Source of the DNA: Brevundimonas sp.
GTDB lineage: Bacteria; Pseudomonadota; Alphaproteobacteria; Caulobacterales; Caulobacteraceae
Direction of reading: 5' to 3'
Assembly (NCBI RefSeq): GCF_029945885.1
Contig: NZ_JAQSDK010000033.1
Location: 38,822 to 102,821, forward strand
Length of the DNA: 64,000 nucleotides
The notes under the pieces are model-generated. The model had not been told where the DNA came from. It saw only the letters and a program-made list of their open reading frames with translations, and made no database searches. Shown here piece by piece: positions 50,221 to 59,857 of the stretch; position 1 is the stretch's first letter, and each line of letters starts with the position of its first letter. A program made the position numbers and the translations under genes.

Positions 50221-50960
50221 CGGTCCAGCACCTCGCCGACGGTCTTCAGCGCGCATCCGGCGGCCCGGGCATGGGCGGCGAGCCGGTCCAGCGCCCCCGG
50301 CGTACAGCCCCAGGGTGACGGGCTGTCGCTCACATCATGGGTGAAGAGAATTAGCCAGCCCGCTGTTTTAACGGCGCGGTCGATCCACAGGCGTGCCACG
50401 GCCTCGCCGTCATCGCCCTCGATGCCGACCGCCGGCAACTGGTTCAGGTCCGCCCCGTCCCGGACCAGCCCCGCATGGACTCCCCGCAGCGAACCATAGC
50501 GATCCGCCAGTCGGGCCTTGGCCGCCGGCGAGACCTCGCCATAGGGAAAGGCGAAATGCCGGGCGCTGCCGCCGAGCGCGGTCAGGGCTGCGGTATTGCG
50601 GTCGCTGTCGGCCAGAAGCGCTGCGCCGTCGGTGCGGTGGGCGTCGACATGGCCATGGCTGTGGCAGGCGATCTCGTGCCCCCGCGCGGCCAGGTCGGCG
50701 GTCTCGGTCGCATCGATATAGCGACCCATATGGCCGGTCTCGCCGAACAGGCCGGCACACAGATAATAGGTGCCCCGGGCCTGATGGCGTTCGAGGATGG
50801 CGGCCGCTACGGCCGCGCTGGCCGGGGCATCGTCGAAGGTGAAGCTGACGGTCGGTCCGGTAAGGTCCAGCCGCGCGGGACGCCGGTGCACCAGTCGCGC
50901 ATAGCGGCGGCGCAGCTTGGCCCGGAGTCCGGCGTCGGCGCTGTAGGGCTGGGGCATCAT
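50217..50960 (-). CDS. hfsH: Holdfast polysaccharide deacetylase (CE4/NodB)
   Basis: TFDDAP, HSHGH, FAFPYG, LFTHDV motifs. Confidence 0.9.
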   Translation of the reverse strand: MMPQPYSADAGLRAKLRRRYARLVHRRPARLDLTGPTVSFTFDDAPASAAVAAAILERHQARGTYYLCAGLFGETGHMGRYIDATETADLAARGHEIACHSHGHVDAHRTDGAALLADSDRNTAALTALGGSARHFAFPYGEVSPAAKARLADRYGSLRGVHAGLVRDGADLNQLPAVGIEGDDGEAVARLWIDRAVKTAGWLILFTHDVSDSPSPWGCTPGALDRLAAHARAAGCALKTVGEVLDR

Positions 50961-51898
50961 GCGATCGCCCCGGCATAGAGGGCCGCCCGGTACAGGCGCA
51001 GCGAAAAGGCCCGCGTCGGGACCGGCAGCCACTCGGTCTCGGCCGCCCGCCGCAGCAGGGGTCGCAGCTGGTCGATTCCGGGCAGACGCTTTAGCAACCG
51101 GGCGGCGCGATAGCTGGGATAGGTGCTGACGATGGCCGGATGGCGATCGACGACCCGGGCGAAATTGGGGGCCGACTGTTCGTATTTCCCGGCCAGGGCC
51201 GCGACGGTGTCCAGCCCCATATGGGTGGCCGGATTGTCGACGTGCAGGACCCGGAACCGGCCCGACACCCGCATCGCCCATTCCACATCCTCCCAGCCCC
51301 AGCCGCTGAAGCCGGGATCGAAACTCTCGGCCGCGAACACGTCGCGCCGCACCAGCAGGTTGGAGGTGTAGACATATTTCTCGGGCTGACGGGCGCGCAC
51401 CGTATAGGCCACGCACTCCGACTTGGTGGCCATCGCCCGGTGCACGGCAAAGCGCGGCTCGACCGGGGCCTGCAGCAGGGAGATGCCGCCAAACGCCACC
51501 GGCGGATCCTCGCGCGCCACCAGATCGGCCCAGTCGCGCAGGAAGCGCCGGTAGTCGGGCCGCATGTCACTGTCCAGGAACAGCAGGCTGCCGCCCCGGG
51601 CCGCCGTCGCCAGCCGGTTGCGCCCGATCGAGCGGCCCTCGTTGCGGGGCAGGGTGATCAGCCGCGCCGGCAGGGTCATGGCCTTGATTACCGCCGTCAG
51701 CCGTTTGGTCAGCTCCGGATCGCGGGTGCCGTCATCCAGCACGACGATCTCGACCGAGCCGTCGACGGCCCCGGCCTCCTCATCCAGCAGTTTCAGCAGG
51801 ACTGAGGGATCATCGCCGAGAAAGGGAATCAGCACCGAGACGACCGGGCTGGCGACCTTCCACGTCGGATTGGCAAAGACGCGGCCTTTGGCGGTCAT
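50957..51898 (-). CDS. hfsG: Holdfast GT2 glycosyltransferase
   Basis: VSVLIPF, LDDGT, FLDSDM, GWGWED; lies between flippase and deacetylase. Confidence 0.88.
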   Translation of the reverse strand: MTAKGRVFANPTWKVASPVVSVLIPFLGDDPSVLLKLLDEEAGAVDGSVEIVVLDDGTRDPELTKRLTAVIKAMTLPARLITLPRNEGRSIGRNRLATAARGGSLLFLDSDMRPDYRRFLRDWADLVAREDPPVAFGGISLLQAPVEPRFAVHRAMATKSECVAYTVRARQPEKYVYTSNLLVRRDVFAAESFDPGFSGWGWEDVEWAMRVSGRFRVLHVDNPATHMGLDTVAALAGKYEQSAPNFARVVDRHPAIVSTYPSYRAARLLKRLPGIDQLRPLLRRAAETEWLPVPTRAFSLRLYRAALYAGAIA

Positions 51899-53346
51899 GA
51901 CAGGGCTCTCCGGGTTCGGGCCGTGGCGAGGAGTCGCCCGGCCACATCGCGGACGCCTGCCGCATTCAGGGTCAGGGCGACGACCGCATAGACCAGCGCC
52001 CCGACCGTCGCCTGCAGCATCAGCTCGACCAGCCCGCCGAGGCGGGGCAGGACCGAGACCGCCAGGGCCATGGCCGCCGTGGCCAGACCGCAGCGCGCCA
52101 GGGTCTCCCACGGCACCGGCATGACCAGCACCCGGCGACCGATGGCGATCGAGGCGATCAGCCCGAGTCCGAAACTGATCGCGGTGGACCAGGCCGCGCC
52201 CATCACACCATGACCGGGGATCAGCAGCAGGTTCAGCACGATATTGGCCAGGGCCGGCACCGCCATCGCGGCCAGCAACAGGCCGGTGCGCCGGCCCAGG
52301 GTGAAGGCCTGGTGGAAATAGTAGGTGGTCAGGCCCGACAGCAGGGCCGACAGGGCGATCCACGGCGTGATCGATGCCGCGACCCGGCGCAGGTCCTCGC
52401 CGATCATCACCTCGGTCAGTGGCCCGGCCACCAGGGCGACCCCGGCGGCGGCGGGCAGGCCGATCAGCAGGAAGGTCGAGGCCTGTTCGCGGGCCGCCGT
52501 CTGCAGGCGTTCGCCGCCGCCGCGCTCCAGCGCCATCACCAGGGCCGGGGTCCCCGCCGCCCCCAGCCAGATGAACAGCACGTCCAGCGTCCGGTTCGCG
52601 AGGCTGTAGCCCGCGTGATAGGCCCCGACCGCCGCCTCGTTCATGAAGGCCGCCAGCAGGAATCGGTCGGTCGAGGACAGAACGACCGCCAGGGCCAGCG
52701 AGGCGGCGATCGGATAGCCATAGACGGCATAGGTCCGCAGTCGGGTGCGGTCGACGCGTGCCCCGCGCCCCTGTTTCAGCTCGCCCGGCAGGATGAAGGG
52801 CAGGGTCAGCAGCGGGGCCAGCATCAGCCCGATCAGCGGCGCGGAGCCTCCGGCCCCGGCCAGGGCCACGGCCACCCCGATGGCCAGGCCGCCGATGGCG
52901 GTGATCATGTCGATGCGCGCGGCCCGGCCGACCTCACCGGCGGCGCGGAACCGCTCCATGGCCAGTTTGGCGAAACAGCGCACGGGAATGCCGCCGACCC
53001 CGACGGCCACGGCGATGCGGAAGGCCATATCCATCGGCCACAGGGCGATCAGGACCGCCGCGACCGGCAGGAAGACCAGGCCGAGCCGGAAGGCCGTCCG
53101 GTACAGGCTGGCGAAATGACGGGCCAGGCCCTCGGCGGTCTGTTCGGCGGCCCAGAACCGGGCCATGGCCGCCTCCAGCCAGCTGAACACCGCCACATGG
53201 GCCAGGGTCATGACCGAAAAGGCCAGGGCATAGCGGCCGAAATCCGCCGGGCTCAGCACCCGGGTGAAGATGACGATGGCCAGGAAGCCGACCACCCCCT
53301 GGACGATATTGGCCGGCAGATAGCCCCAGACCCCGCGCCAGAACAT
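51895..53346 (-). CDS. hfsF: Polysaccharide flippase (Wzx)
   Basis: About 12 TM helices; DFGRYAL, TDRFLL, VGAYHAG. Confidence 0.88.
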   Translation of the reverse strand: MFWRGVWGYLPANIVQGVVGFLAIVIFTRVLSPADFGRYALAFSVMTLAHVAVFSWLEAAMARFWAAEQTAEGLARHFASLYRTAFRLGLVFLPVAAVLIALWPMDMAFRIAVAVGVGGIPVRCFAKLAMERFRAAGEVGRAARIDMITAIGGLAIGVAVALAGAGGSAPLIGLMLAPLLTLPFILPGELKQGRGARVDRTRLRTYAVYGYPIAASLALAVVLSSTDRFLLAAFMNEAAVGAYHAGYSLANRTLDVLFIWLGAAGTPALVMALERGGGERLQTAAREQASTFLLIGLPAAAGVALVAGPLTEVMIGEDLRRVAASITPWIALSALLSGLTTYYFHQAFTLGRRTGLLLAAMAVPALANIVLNLLLIPGHGVMGAAWSTAISFGLGLIASIAIGRRVLVMPVPWETLARCGLATAAMALAVSVLPRLGGLVELMLQATVGALVYAVVALTLNAAGVRDVAGRLLATARTRRALS

Positions 53347-53359
53347 CAGTGTGCTCCGC

Positions 53360-54961
53360 TCAACGAATGGCCTGCCGGTCGCCCAGCAGAACGGGGATGG
53401 TGACCAGCATCACCCACAGGTCCAGCCACAGCGACTGGCGTTCGATATAGTCGATGTCCAGCTGCACGCGGCGGCGCACGTCCTGGGCCGAATGCAGCGG
53501 TCCGCGCGAGCCGTGGATGGCGGCCCAGCCGGTCATGCCCGGCTTGATGCGGTGACGATGGGCGTATTCCGCCACCAGTCGCGCCGATTCGATATGGCCG
53601 GTCTTCATGCCGATCGCATGGGGGCGGGGCCCGACCAGCGACATCTCGCCCTTCAGCACATTCAGCAGCTGCGGCAGTTCGTCGAGACTGGTGGACCGCA
53701 GGATGCGGCCGATCCGCGTGACCCGGTCGTCATCGGCCGTGACCTGGCGCGACGCGGTGGCGTCGGCGGTCTCGGGCCGCATCGAGCGGAATTTCCACAC
53801 CACGATCTCTTCCTGGTTGAAGCCGTGGCGGCGCTGGCGGAACAGGATCGGGCCCGGGCTGTCGAGCCGGATGGCCAGGGCGACCAGCGCCATCACCGGG
53901 GCCAGCAGCACCGTGGCCGTCAGGCCGACGATCAGGTCCTGCAGTCGCTTGTGAAAAGCGCGGCGCTCGTCGTCGACCGGCCCGTCCAGCTGGGCCAGCG
54001 AGGTCCGGGCCAGCCGGTCGACCGCCTTGCCCCAGTCGGCATCGGCCGGTTCGACCAGCAGGGTCACCTCATTGGGCAGGGTCCGCAGCCGGGTGGTCAG
54101 ATCGCGCACCCGCGCCTCGGCCTTGGGATCGATGGCCAGCACGATCCGGTCGACATAGGGGGTCATGTGATGGGTCAGCAGGTCGTCGGCCCGGCCCAGC
54201 ACCGGCACGCCGGCGATGGCGCGCGGCGACCGGGCCAGCCGGTCGTCGAAAATGCCCAGCACATTGAGGTCACGCCGCGTCAGGGCCTCGCGGATCAGGC
54301 CTTCGGCGTGGCGGGTGGCCCCGACCAGGACGATGCTGGGCGTCAGGGCCCCCGAGGCGCGCCAACGGCCGACCAGATCGCTCCAGCCGATATGCAGGCC
54401 GTTCAGACTGATCAGGATCAGGCCGGTCCAGACCAGATAGGCTGACCAGGGGGCGGCGGCCCCGCGCATCAGGGCCCCGACGCCGATCGTGGCGGCGGCC
54501 CCGGCCAGGGTGATTGCGGCCACCGCGGCCAGGTGCAGGCCGACGCGATGACTGCGGGTGAACCGGTACAGGCCCAGCGACCGCATCATGGCCAGCACGG
54601 CCATGCCGCCGGCCACGAAGGGCAGGACCTGCCACAGCCGGGCCTCGGCCAGGGATCCGGGCACGGCGGCCCAGGCACACAGCAGGCTGACCGCGATCAC
54701 CGCCAGCACGTCGAAGGCGCGGAAATAGTGGACCGCCAGCCGGGCCGTGTGCCGCTGGCGGGCATTCAGCCAGACCCCGGGCCGGAACGGGCCGCGCCGG
54801 GCAGCCCCGTCGGCGTCGATGCCGGCATCGCCGTCCCCGTCACCGTCGGGGGTCAGGGCGGCTCCGGCCAGGGCCTGGAGACCGGCCGCGTCCAGCGTCG
54901 CCGGCTCGCCGGACGGCGAGGACGATCGGGCCGGCGAACGGCTGCGGACGGCTTGGGTCAT
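53360..54961 (-). CDS. hfsE: Priming undecaprenyl-phosphate sugar transferase
   Basis: KFRSM, DDDRVTRIG, SLDELPQL, VGPRPH, KPGMTGWA motifs. Confidence 0.92.
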   Translation of the reverse strand: MTQAVRSRSPARSSSPSGEPATLDAAGLQALAGAALTPDGDGDGDAGIDADGAARRGPFRPGVWLNARQRHTARLAVHYFRAFDVLAVIAVSLLCAWAAVPGSLAEARLWQVLPFVAGGMAVLAMMRSLGLYRFTRSHRVGLHLAAVAAITLAGAAATIGVGALMRGAAAPWSAYLVWTGLILISLNGLHIGWSDLVGRWRASGALTPSIVLVGATRHAEGLIREALTRRDLNVLGIFDDRLARSPRAIAGVPVLGRADDLLTHHMTPYVDRIVLAIDPKAEARVRDLTTRLRTLPNEVTLLVEPADADWGKAVDRLARTSLAQLDGPVDDERRAFHKRLQDLIVGLTATVLLAPVMALVALAIRLDSPGPILFRQRRHGFNQEEIVVWKFRSMRPETADATASRQVTADDDRVTRIGRILRSTSLDELPQLLNVLKGEMSLVGPRPHAIGMKTGHIESARLVAEYAHRHRIKPGMTGWAAIHGSRGPLHSAQDVRRRVQLDIDYIERQSLWLDLWVMLVTIPVLLGDRQAIR

Positions 54962-55049
54962 GGAACTCCTGCAATCGGGTAGCGGTGATCATGCACAGCG
55001 CCCCTCACTGTCCCGTTAACGGTGCCGCTGTTGCCCGCACCAAACCCGG

Positions 55050-55078
55050 TTGCGCCGCGCCCCGCCCTCGGCTATCTG
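55050..55078 (+). promoter_or_regulatory. Sigma70-type promoter of tRNA-Ser
   Basis: TTGCGC-N17-TATCTG. Confidence 0.65.
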
Positions 55079-55089
55079 CCGTGCCTGCT

Positions 55090-55181
55090 GGAGACGTGGC
55101 CGAGTGGCTTAAGGCAACGGTTTGCTAAATCGTCGTACCCTGTAAGGGGTACCCAGGGTTCGAATCCCTGCGTCTCCGCCA
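55090..55181 (+). tRNA. tRNA-Ser(GCT)
   Basis: 92-nt class II cloverleaf GGAGACG...TTGCTAA...long variable arm...GGTTCGAATCC...CTCCGCCA. Confidence 0.97.
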
Positions 55182-55406
55182 GAACCCTATAAAAAGGGGT
55201 TTCATAACAACATCTTGCTTGTTGCGGGTGGTAACCTCCCTAAATATGACCCTAAAGATGGGTCGGCTGGTAGTCGTAGCGACCCACCGCTCGATACGCG
55301 CCTGCGTCGCACCCGACTGGCCTCGCACTGGACATCGATCTCGTCACGCTTCGCCCGGTGGGGCGGTCAAACGATAACTTGTCTCCACCGAAGCGGGGCG
55401 CTGCTG

Positions 55407-56765
55407 TCAGACTGCCGCGCTGTGGCGCTTCGGGGCGGTGATGGAGCGGTTGTCGAAACAGGCGGCGACGACCCGGACGAGCCGACCCATGGCGTGCGGT
55501 ATGCGGAGACGGCGGCCATCGATCCGGCACAGGCCGTCGGCCTGCAGGGCCCGGGCGGCCTTGATGGCCGGGTCGAGCGCCGAGACTTCGCGGCCGTGGT
55601 CCAGGCATACGGCCCCCACATCGACCTGGAGATCGCACATCAGTCGCTCGATCACGGCCCGGCGCAGGCGGTCGTCTGACGTCGTTTCCAGCTGGCGGCC
55701 GACAGGCAGCTGCCCTGCCGCGATGTCGGCCGTCCAGTCGTCGACCCGCAGTCTGTTCTGGGCATAGGCATAGGGCAGGCTGCTGATCGCCGACGGGCCC
55801 AGCCCGATCAGCACCGCGGACGGATCGTCCGTATAGCCCTGGAAGTTCCGATGCAGGCTGCCCTCGGCCAGGCGGGCGGCCATGGAGTCACCCGGGCGGG
55901 CATAGTGGTCCATGCCGATACGGACATAGCCGTGCGCCGCCAGCACCGCCTCGGCGGCCTCGGCCTGGGTCCAGCGACCCGATCCATCGGCCAGGTCCGC
56001 GTCGCGGATGACCGCCTGGTGCTTCTTCATCCACGGCACATGGGCATAGCCGAACAGGGCGACCCGATCGGGTTCCAGCGTGAGTGCGGTCTCCATGCTG
56101 GCCGTGACATTCTCCGGGGTCTGGCCCGGCAGGCCGTACATCATGTCGAAATTGATCGCATCGATCCCGCCGCCGCGCAGGGCCTGGACGGCCGTGGCGA
56201 CCTGTTCAGAGGGCTGTATCCGGTTGACCAGGCGCTGGACCTCCAGATCGAAGGTCTGCACGCCCAGGCTGGCCCGGGTCACCCCTGCCGCGCCCAGACC
56301 CCGGGCGAAGTCGCCGTCCAGGGTGCCGGGATCCAGTTCCACGGCGACCTCGGCACCGGGACGCAGGCGGAAGCGTCCGGCGAGGAGGGCCAGCAGTCCG
56401 GTGAAGTCGTCGGTGTTGAGGCTGTTCGGACTGCCGCCGCCGAAATGCAGATGAGCCGTGCCGGCATGGGCGGGCAGGGCGTCGCCCCACAGGTCGATCT
56501 CGCGTTTCAGCTGGTCGAGGAACCGGGCGACCCGCGCATAGCCATTGGGCACGCTGGTATGGCAGCCGCAGTACCAGCACAGCCGCTCACAGAACGGGAT
56601 GTGGACATAGATCGACAGGGTGTCGTGCGACTGGATATCGCCCAGCCAGCGGCGGAGGTCCGCGTCATCCGTTGCCGGCTGGAATGCCAGGGCCGTGGGA
56701 TAGCTGGTGTAGCGTGGCAGGGCGCGGGTCGCGTGGCCCAGCAGACGGTCGGACAGGGGAGTCAT
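55407..56765 (-). CDS. hemN: Oxygen-independent coproporphyrinogen III oxidase
   Basis: PRYTSYPT, CERLCWYCGC radical SAM motif, RNFQGYT. Confidence 0.95.
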   Translation of the reverse strand: MTPLSDRLLGHATRALPRYTSYPTALAFQPATDDADLRRWLGDIQSHDTLSIYVHIPFCERLCWYCGCHTSVPNGYARVARFLDQLKREIDLWGDALPAHAGTAHLHFGGGSPNSLNTDDFTGLLALLAGRFRLRPGAEVAVELDPGTLDGDFARGLGAAGVTRASLGVQTFDLEVQRLVNRIQPSEQVATAVQALRGGGIDAINFDMMYGLPGQTPENVTASMETALTLEPDRVALFGYAHVPWMKKHQAVIRDADLADGSGRWTQAEAAEAVLAAHGYVRIGMDHYARPGDSMAARLAEGSLHRNFQGYTDDPSAVLIGLGPSAISSLPYAYAQNRLRVDDWTADIAAGQLPVGRQLETTSDDRLRRAVIERLMCDLQVDVGAVCLDHGREVSALDPAIKAARALQADGLCRIDGRRLRIPHAMGRLVRVVAACFDNRSITAPKRHSAAV

Positions 56766-57343
56766 AGCGTCATCGCCTCCGCATGAGCGAGGTCATCAGG
56801 CGTGTTGATGTTGAGGAAGGGATCCCGCGGGTCGATCGGCCAGTCGACGATGACGCGGCCGGCCGCCTCGCTTAGACCGTTCAGGGACAGCCGTCCGTTC
56901 CCGGCGCGCTGGACGAGAACGGGCAGGGTGGTGGTGCGCCACAGGGCACATATCGGATGCAGTCGCCCGCCGCTGGCGGCGACGGCGACCGCGACGTCAT
57001 CCTTCAGGGCCTGATCGAGCCGGGCCAGAAGGTCAGGGGGCAGGAATGGCATGTCGCACGGGATAGTGAGCACGCGATCGGTGCCGTTGAGGTCAGCCCA
57101 TGCCAGAGCCGAGGCCAGACCGCCAAGGGGGCCGGGAATGTCGGGGTCGTCAAGGATCACCGGCGCCAGCACATTGCTGACCTGTGTCGGGTTGCGCAGG
57201 ACCAGGACCACCGGGGCAGCCCATCCGTGGGCTGCTTTCAGCGAATGGGTCAAAAGGCGGCTCCCGGCGAGGGGCCTGTCCGGCTTGGCCCCGCCGATCC
57301 GCTGCCCGTCCCCGCCGGCCAAAACTGCCGTGACGATACTCAT
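56762..57343 (-). CDS. mobA: Molybdenum cofactor guanylyltransferase
   Basis: LAGGDGQRIGG, GPLGGL, PCDMPFL, FLNINTPDDL. Confidence 0.93.
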   Translation of the reverse strand: MSIVTAVLAGGDGQRIGGAKPDRPLAGSRLLTHSLKAAHGWAAPVVLVLRNPTQVSNVLAPVILDDPDIPGPLGGLASALAWADLNGTDRVLTIPCDMPFLPPDLLARLDQALKDDVAVAVAASGGRLHPICALWRTTTLPVLVQRAGNGRLSLNGLSEAAGRVIVDWPIDPRDPFLNINTPDDLAHAEAMTL

Positions 57344-58011
57344 GATGGCCGACCCTTGCCCGCGGCTCGCGACCGCGATCGCGGTTTGGGGCAGACAGGC
57401 TCAAGACGGCTGACGTCGTCGGGACCCGTGACCGTGGTCTCCATGTCCCGGACCAGACCGTCGCGAATGGAGTAGATCCAGCCATGGATCGACAGGGGCT
57501 GACCCCGTTTCCAGGCGTCGGTGATAAAGGGGTTGCGGGACAGGGCGCGGACCTGGGCCAGCACGTTCTTCTCGCAGATGAAATTGATCCGCGCCTCATG
57601 ATCCTGGATGGCCGCGAGTTCGTCGTCATGGTCCTCGCACAGCCGTTGAACGCGCTGCATCCAGTGGTCGAGGATCCCGTGGCGCTGCCCGTCGAGCACG
57701 GCCCGGACGCCGCCACAGCCATAGTGGCCGCAGACGATGATGTGGCGAACCTTCAGCGACTCGAGGGCGAACTGCAGGACGGCCAGCAGGTTCATGTCCT
57801 GGGCGGGGGCCAGGTTGGCGACGTTGCGATGGACGAACAGTTCGCCGGGTTCCAGACCGACGATCTCATTGGCGGGAACGCGACTGTCCGAACAGCCGAT
57901 CCAGAGATATTCGGGCGACTGCTGCGCCGATAGCCTTCGGAAAAACTCCGGATCGATCCGGGCCTTGGCCGATGCCCATTTGAGATTGTTTCGAAGGAGG
58001 TCCTCGATCAC
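57340..58011 (-). CDS. can: Beta-carbonic anhydrase
   Basis: CSDSRV, HRNVAN, HYGCGG motifs. Confidence 0.95.
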   Translation of the reverse strand: MIEDLLRNNLKWASAKARIDPEFFRRLSAQQSPEYLWIGCSDSRVPANEIVGLEPGELFVHRNVANLAPAQDMNLLAVLQFALESLKVRHIIVCGHYGCGGVRAVLDGQRHGILDHWMQRVQRLCEDHDDELAAIQDHEARINFICEKNVLAQVRALSRNPFITDAWKRGQPLSIHGWIYSIRDGLVRDMETTVTGPDDVSRLEPVCPKPRSRSRAAGKGRPS

Positions 58012-58598
58012 GGCGTCGCTCCCGCCGATCCGGGGCCATCCGGTGGGAACGCAGGATCAGGGCTGTCCAGGAATACCCCCCGTCGGGCCGCCATCCGGGT
58101 GCTGAGGGCGTGCAGGTCCCGGGGTGTCAGGCGCAGGCGCGCGATCGGCAGGATGACCGCATTTTCCAGCGCGATATGGCGACGCTCGTGCAGGGCGAAA
58201 TCCGTGAACAGGCGGCGCGTTTCCAGATCATGACCCGGTGGTTGCCCCGCGATCAGCGCCCGTTCCAGCAGGGTGCCCAGGGTCCGGGTCTGCTCCATGT
58301 CGTCGCGATGCTCGGCCGACAGCGCGCCCAGCAGGGGGCCGAGTTCATCTTCCGGCAGGCAGCGACGGCGCAGCAGGGGGAACAGGTCCTCTTCCTCGTC
58401 GATGACGTGAAGGGCCATGTCGTGGCGCAGGAAGGTCAGAATTTCCTCCGCCTCCTCGCGCAGCAGCACGGTCGCGGTGCCGACGCGCTCGATCAGGCGG
58501 CACAGCTGACGGTGGCGATAGTGTTCAGCGAACAGCCAGTTCAGCGGTTCGTGAGCAAGGCCCGCGGGCAGGGGCTCGATCTGAGGTGTCTGGCTCAT
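58008..58598 (-). CDS. Hemerythrin-domain protein
   Basis: EH...HVIDEEEDLFP...EH...HERRHIALEN di-iron pattern. Confidence 0.88.
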   Translation of the reverse strand: MSQTPQIEPLPAGLAHEPLNWLFAEHYRHRQLCRLIERVGTATVLLREEAEEILTFLRHDMALHVIDEEEDLFPLLRRRCLPEDELGPLLGALSAEHRDDMEQTRTLGTLLERALIAGQPPGHDLETRRLFTDFALHERRHIALENAVILPIARLRLTPRDLHALSTRMAARRGVFLDSPDPAFPPDGPGSAGATP

Positions 58599-58629
58599 CC
58601 GGAATGACCTTGTTGCCCCGCCATGACAT

Positions 58630-59856
58630 CTAGAACCGGTATTCCGCAGCGACCCAGACCTTGGTGCGATCGGGGAAGGCGACCTGGGCACCGTCGAAGC
58701 GGGCGGCCTTGATCTCGATGGCCCGACGCGGGTCCAGAACCAGCCGGCCCGACAGGTCGAGCTCCTGGCCGTATCGGCTCGATCCGTCGGCGTCGCGAAT
58801 ATCGTGCCAGGAGGCGGTCAGCGTGGCGCTGGTTCCGACGGGCGGGTGGGCGATGGCATGGCTGACCGTGGCGGACACATCGCGCAGCCCGTCCCCGGGC
58901 GTATTCAGGAACACATCCGCCCAGCCCTGGAAGGCGTGCAGGGTCGCCAGCGGGGTCTGGAAGGCCCGGGTTCCGTTGCCGTCCATCCGCTCTACGGCCA
59001 GGGTGCCTGTCAGAGACCCGCGCTTCAGGCCCGCGGAGACCAGTCCGTAGTCCAGGTCGAAGCTGGCGGGATTGCTGCCGTAGTCAGACTGGCGCGCATA
59101 GTCGACGGCATACAGGGCCGACCAGTCGGCAGACAGGGCGTGGCTGCCCTCCAGTCGCGCGCCCCAGGTCGCCGAGGATTGGGCCGGAGCATTGGAGAAA
59201 TCGAGCAGATAGCCATAGGCCGTCAGCTTTCCGACCGGAGTCGGGGCCTCGACATTGATCAGGTGACTGTCGGAATTCCATTCCCCGACGGGGCTGTCGT
59301 TCCCGAAGATCCGGTGGACCCGATCGATCCAGACATAGGTCACCGTCATCGGCTTCAGGGTGCGGGTCGTCACCTTGACGGCGTCGAACGTCTGCTCGTT
59401 CTGACGGAAGCCGACATTGCCGACGAAGCGGGCGTTGCCGAGAATGATGCGCTGGCGGCCCAGGACGACCTCGGTGTCCGGGAGGCCGGTCCAGGTCAGC
59501 TGCAGGCGGTTCAGTTCAATCCCTTCCGGGTCGGCCACCACCGGATAACTGGCCGGACCGTGGATGGTGTCATTGTAGTCGTCGACCAGGGCCACGACCC
59601 CCTCACCCTCGACCAGCAGTTTGAACCCTGACCAGTCCGGGCTCTGCCAGCCAAGGCGCGCGCGGAGTGTTACGGCCGTGGCATCGTCAAGCCCGTCCTG
59701 ACTGACCCCCTCGTAGCGCAGGCGGCTGTCGAACAGGATGTCGCCCGCTTGCGTCGAGGCGACTGCGGGGCCGGTGGCCGGGGTCTGGGCATGGGCCATG
59801 GCGGGGGCTGCCGCCAGGGCCAGGGCCAGCAGGGCGGGGCGGGAAAGGGTCTTCAT
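58630..59856 (-). CDS. Outer-membrane beta-barrel (alginate-export/AlgE-like family)
   Basis: Signal peptide; GRQRI, RFVGNVGFRQNEQTFDA; C-terminal EYRF beta-signal. Confidence 0.8.
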   Translation of the reverse strand: MKTLSRPALLALALAAAPAMAHAQTPATGPAVASTQAGDILFDSRLRYEGVSQDGLDDATAVTLRARLGWQSPDWSGFKLLVEGEGVVALVDDYNDTIHGPASYPVVADPEGIELNRLQLTWTGLPDTEVVLGRQRIILGNARFVGNVGFRQNEQTFDAVKVTTRTLKPMTVTYVWIDRVHRIFGNDSPVGEWNSDSHLINVEAPTPVGKLTAYGYLLDFSNAPAQSSATWGARLEGSHALSADWSALYAVDYARQSDYGSNPASFDLDYGLVSAGLKRGSLTGTLAVERMDGNGTRAFQTPLATLHAFQGWADVFLNTPGDGLRDVSATVSHAIAHPPVGTSATLTASWHDIRDADGSSRYGQELDLSGRLVLDPRRAIEIKAARFDGAQVAFPDRTKVWVAAEYRF

Positions 59857-59857
59857 C

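Noticed and set aside
54962-54986. GGAAC-N16-CGGT near the hfsE start
   Set aside because: Wrong strand for hfsE and a mismatched -10.
55215-55679. Short ORFs after tRNA-Ser as an integrase remnant
   Set aside because: No tyrosine or serine recombinase motifs; mostly antisense to hemN.
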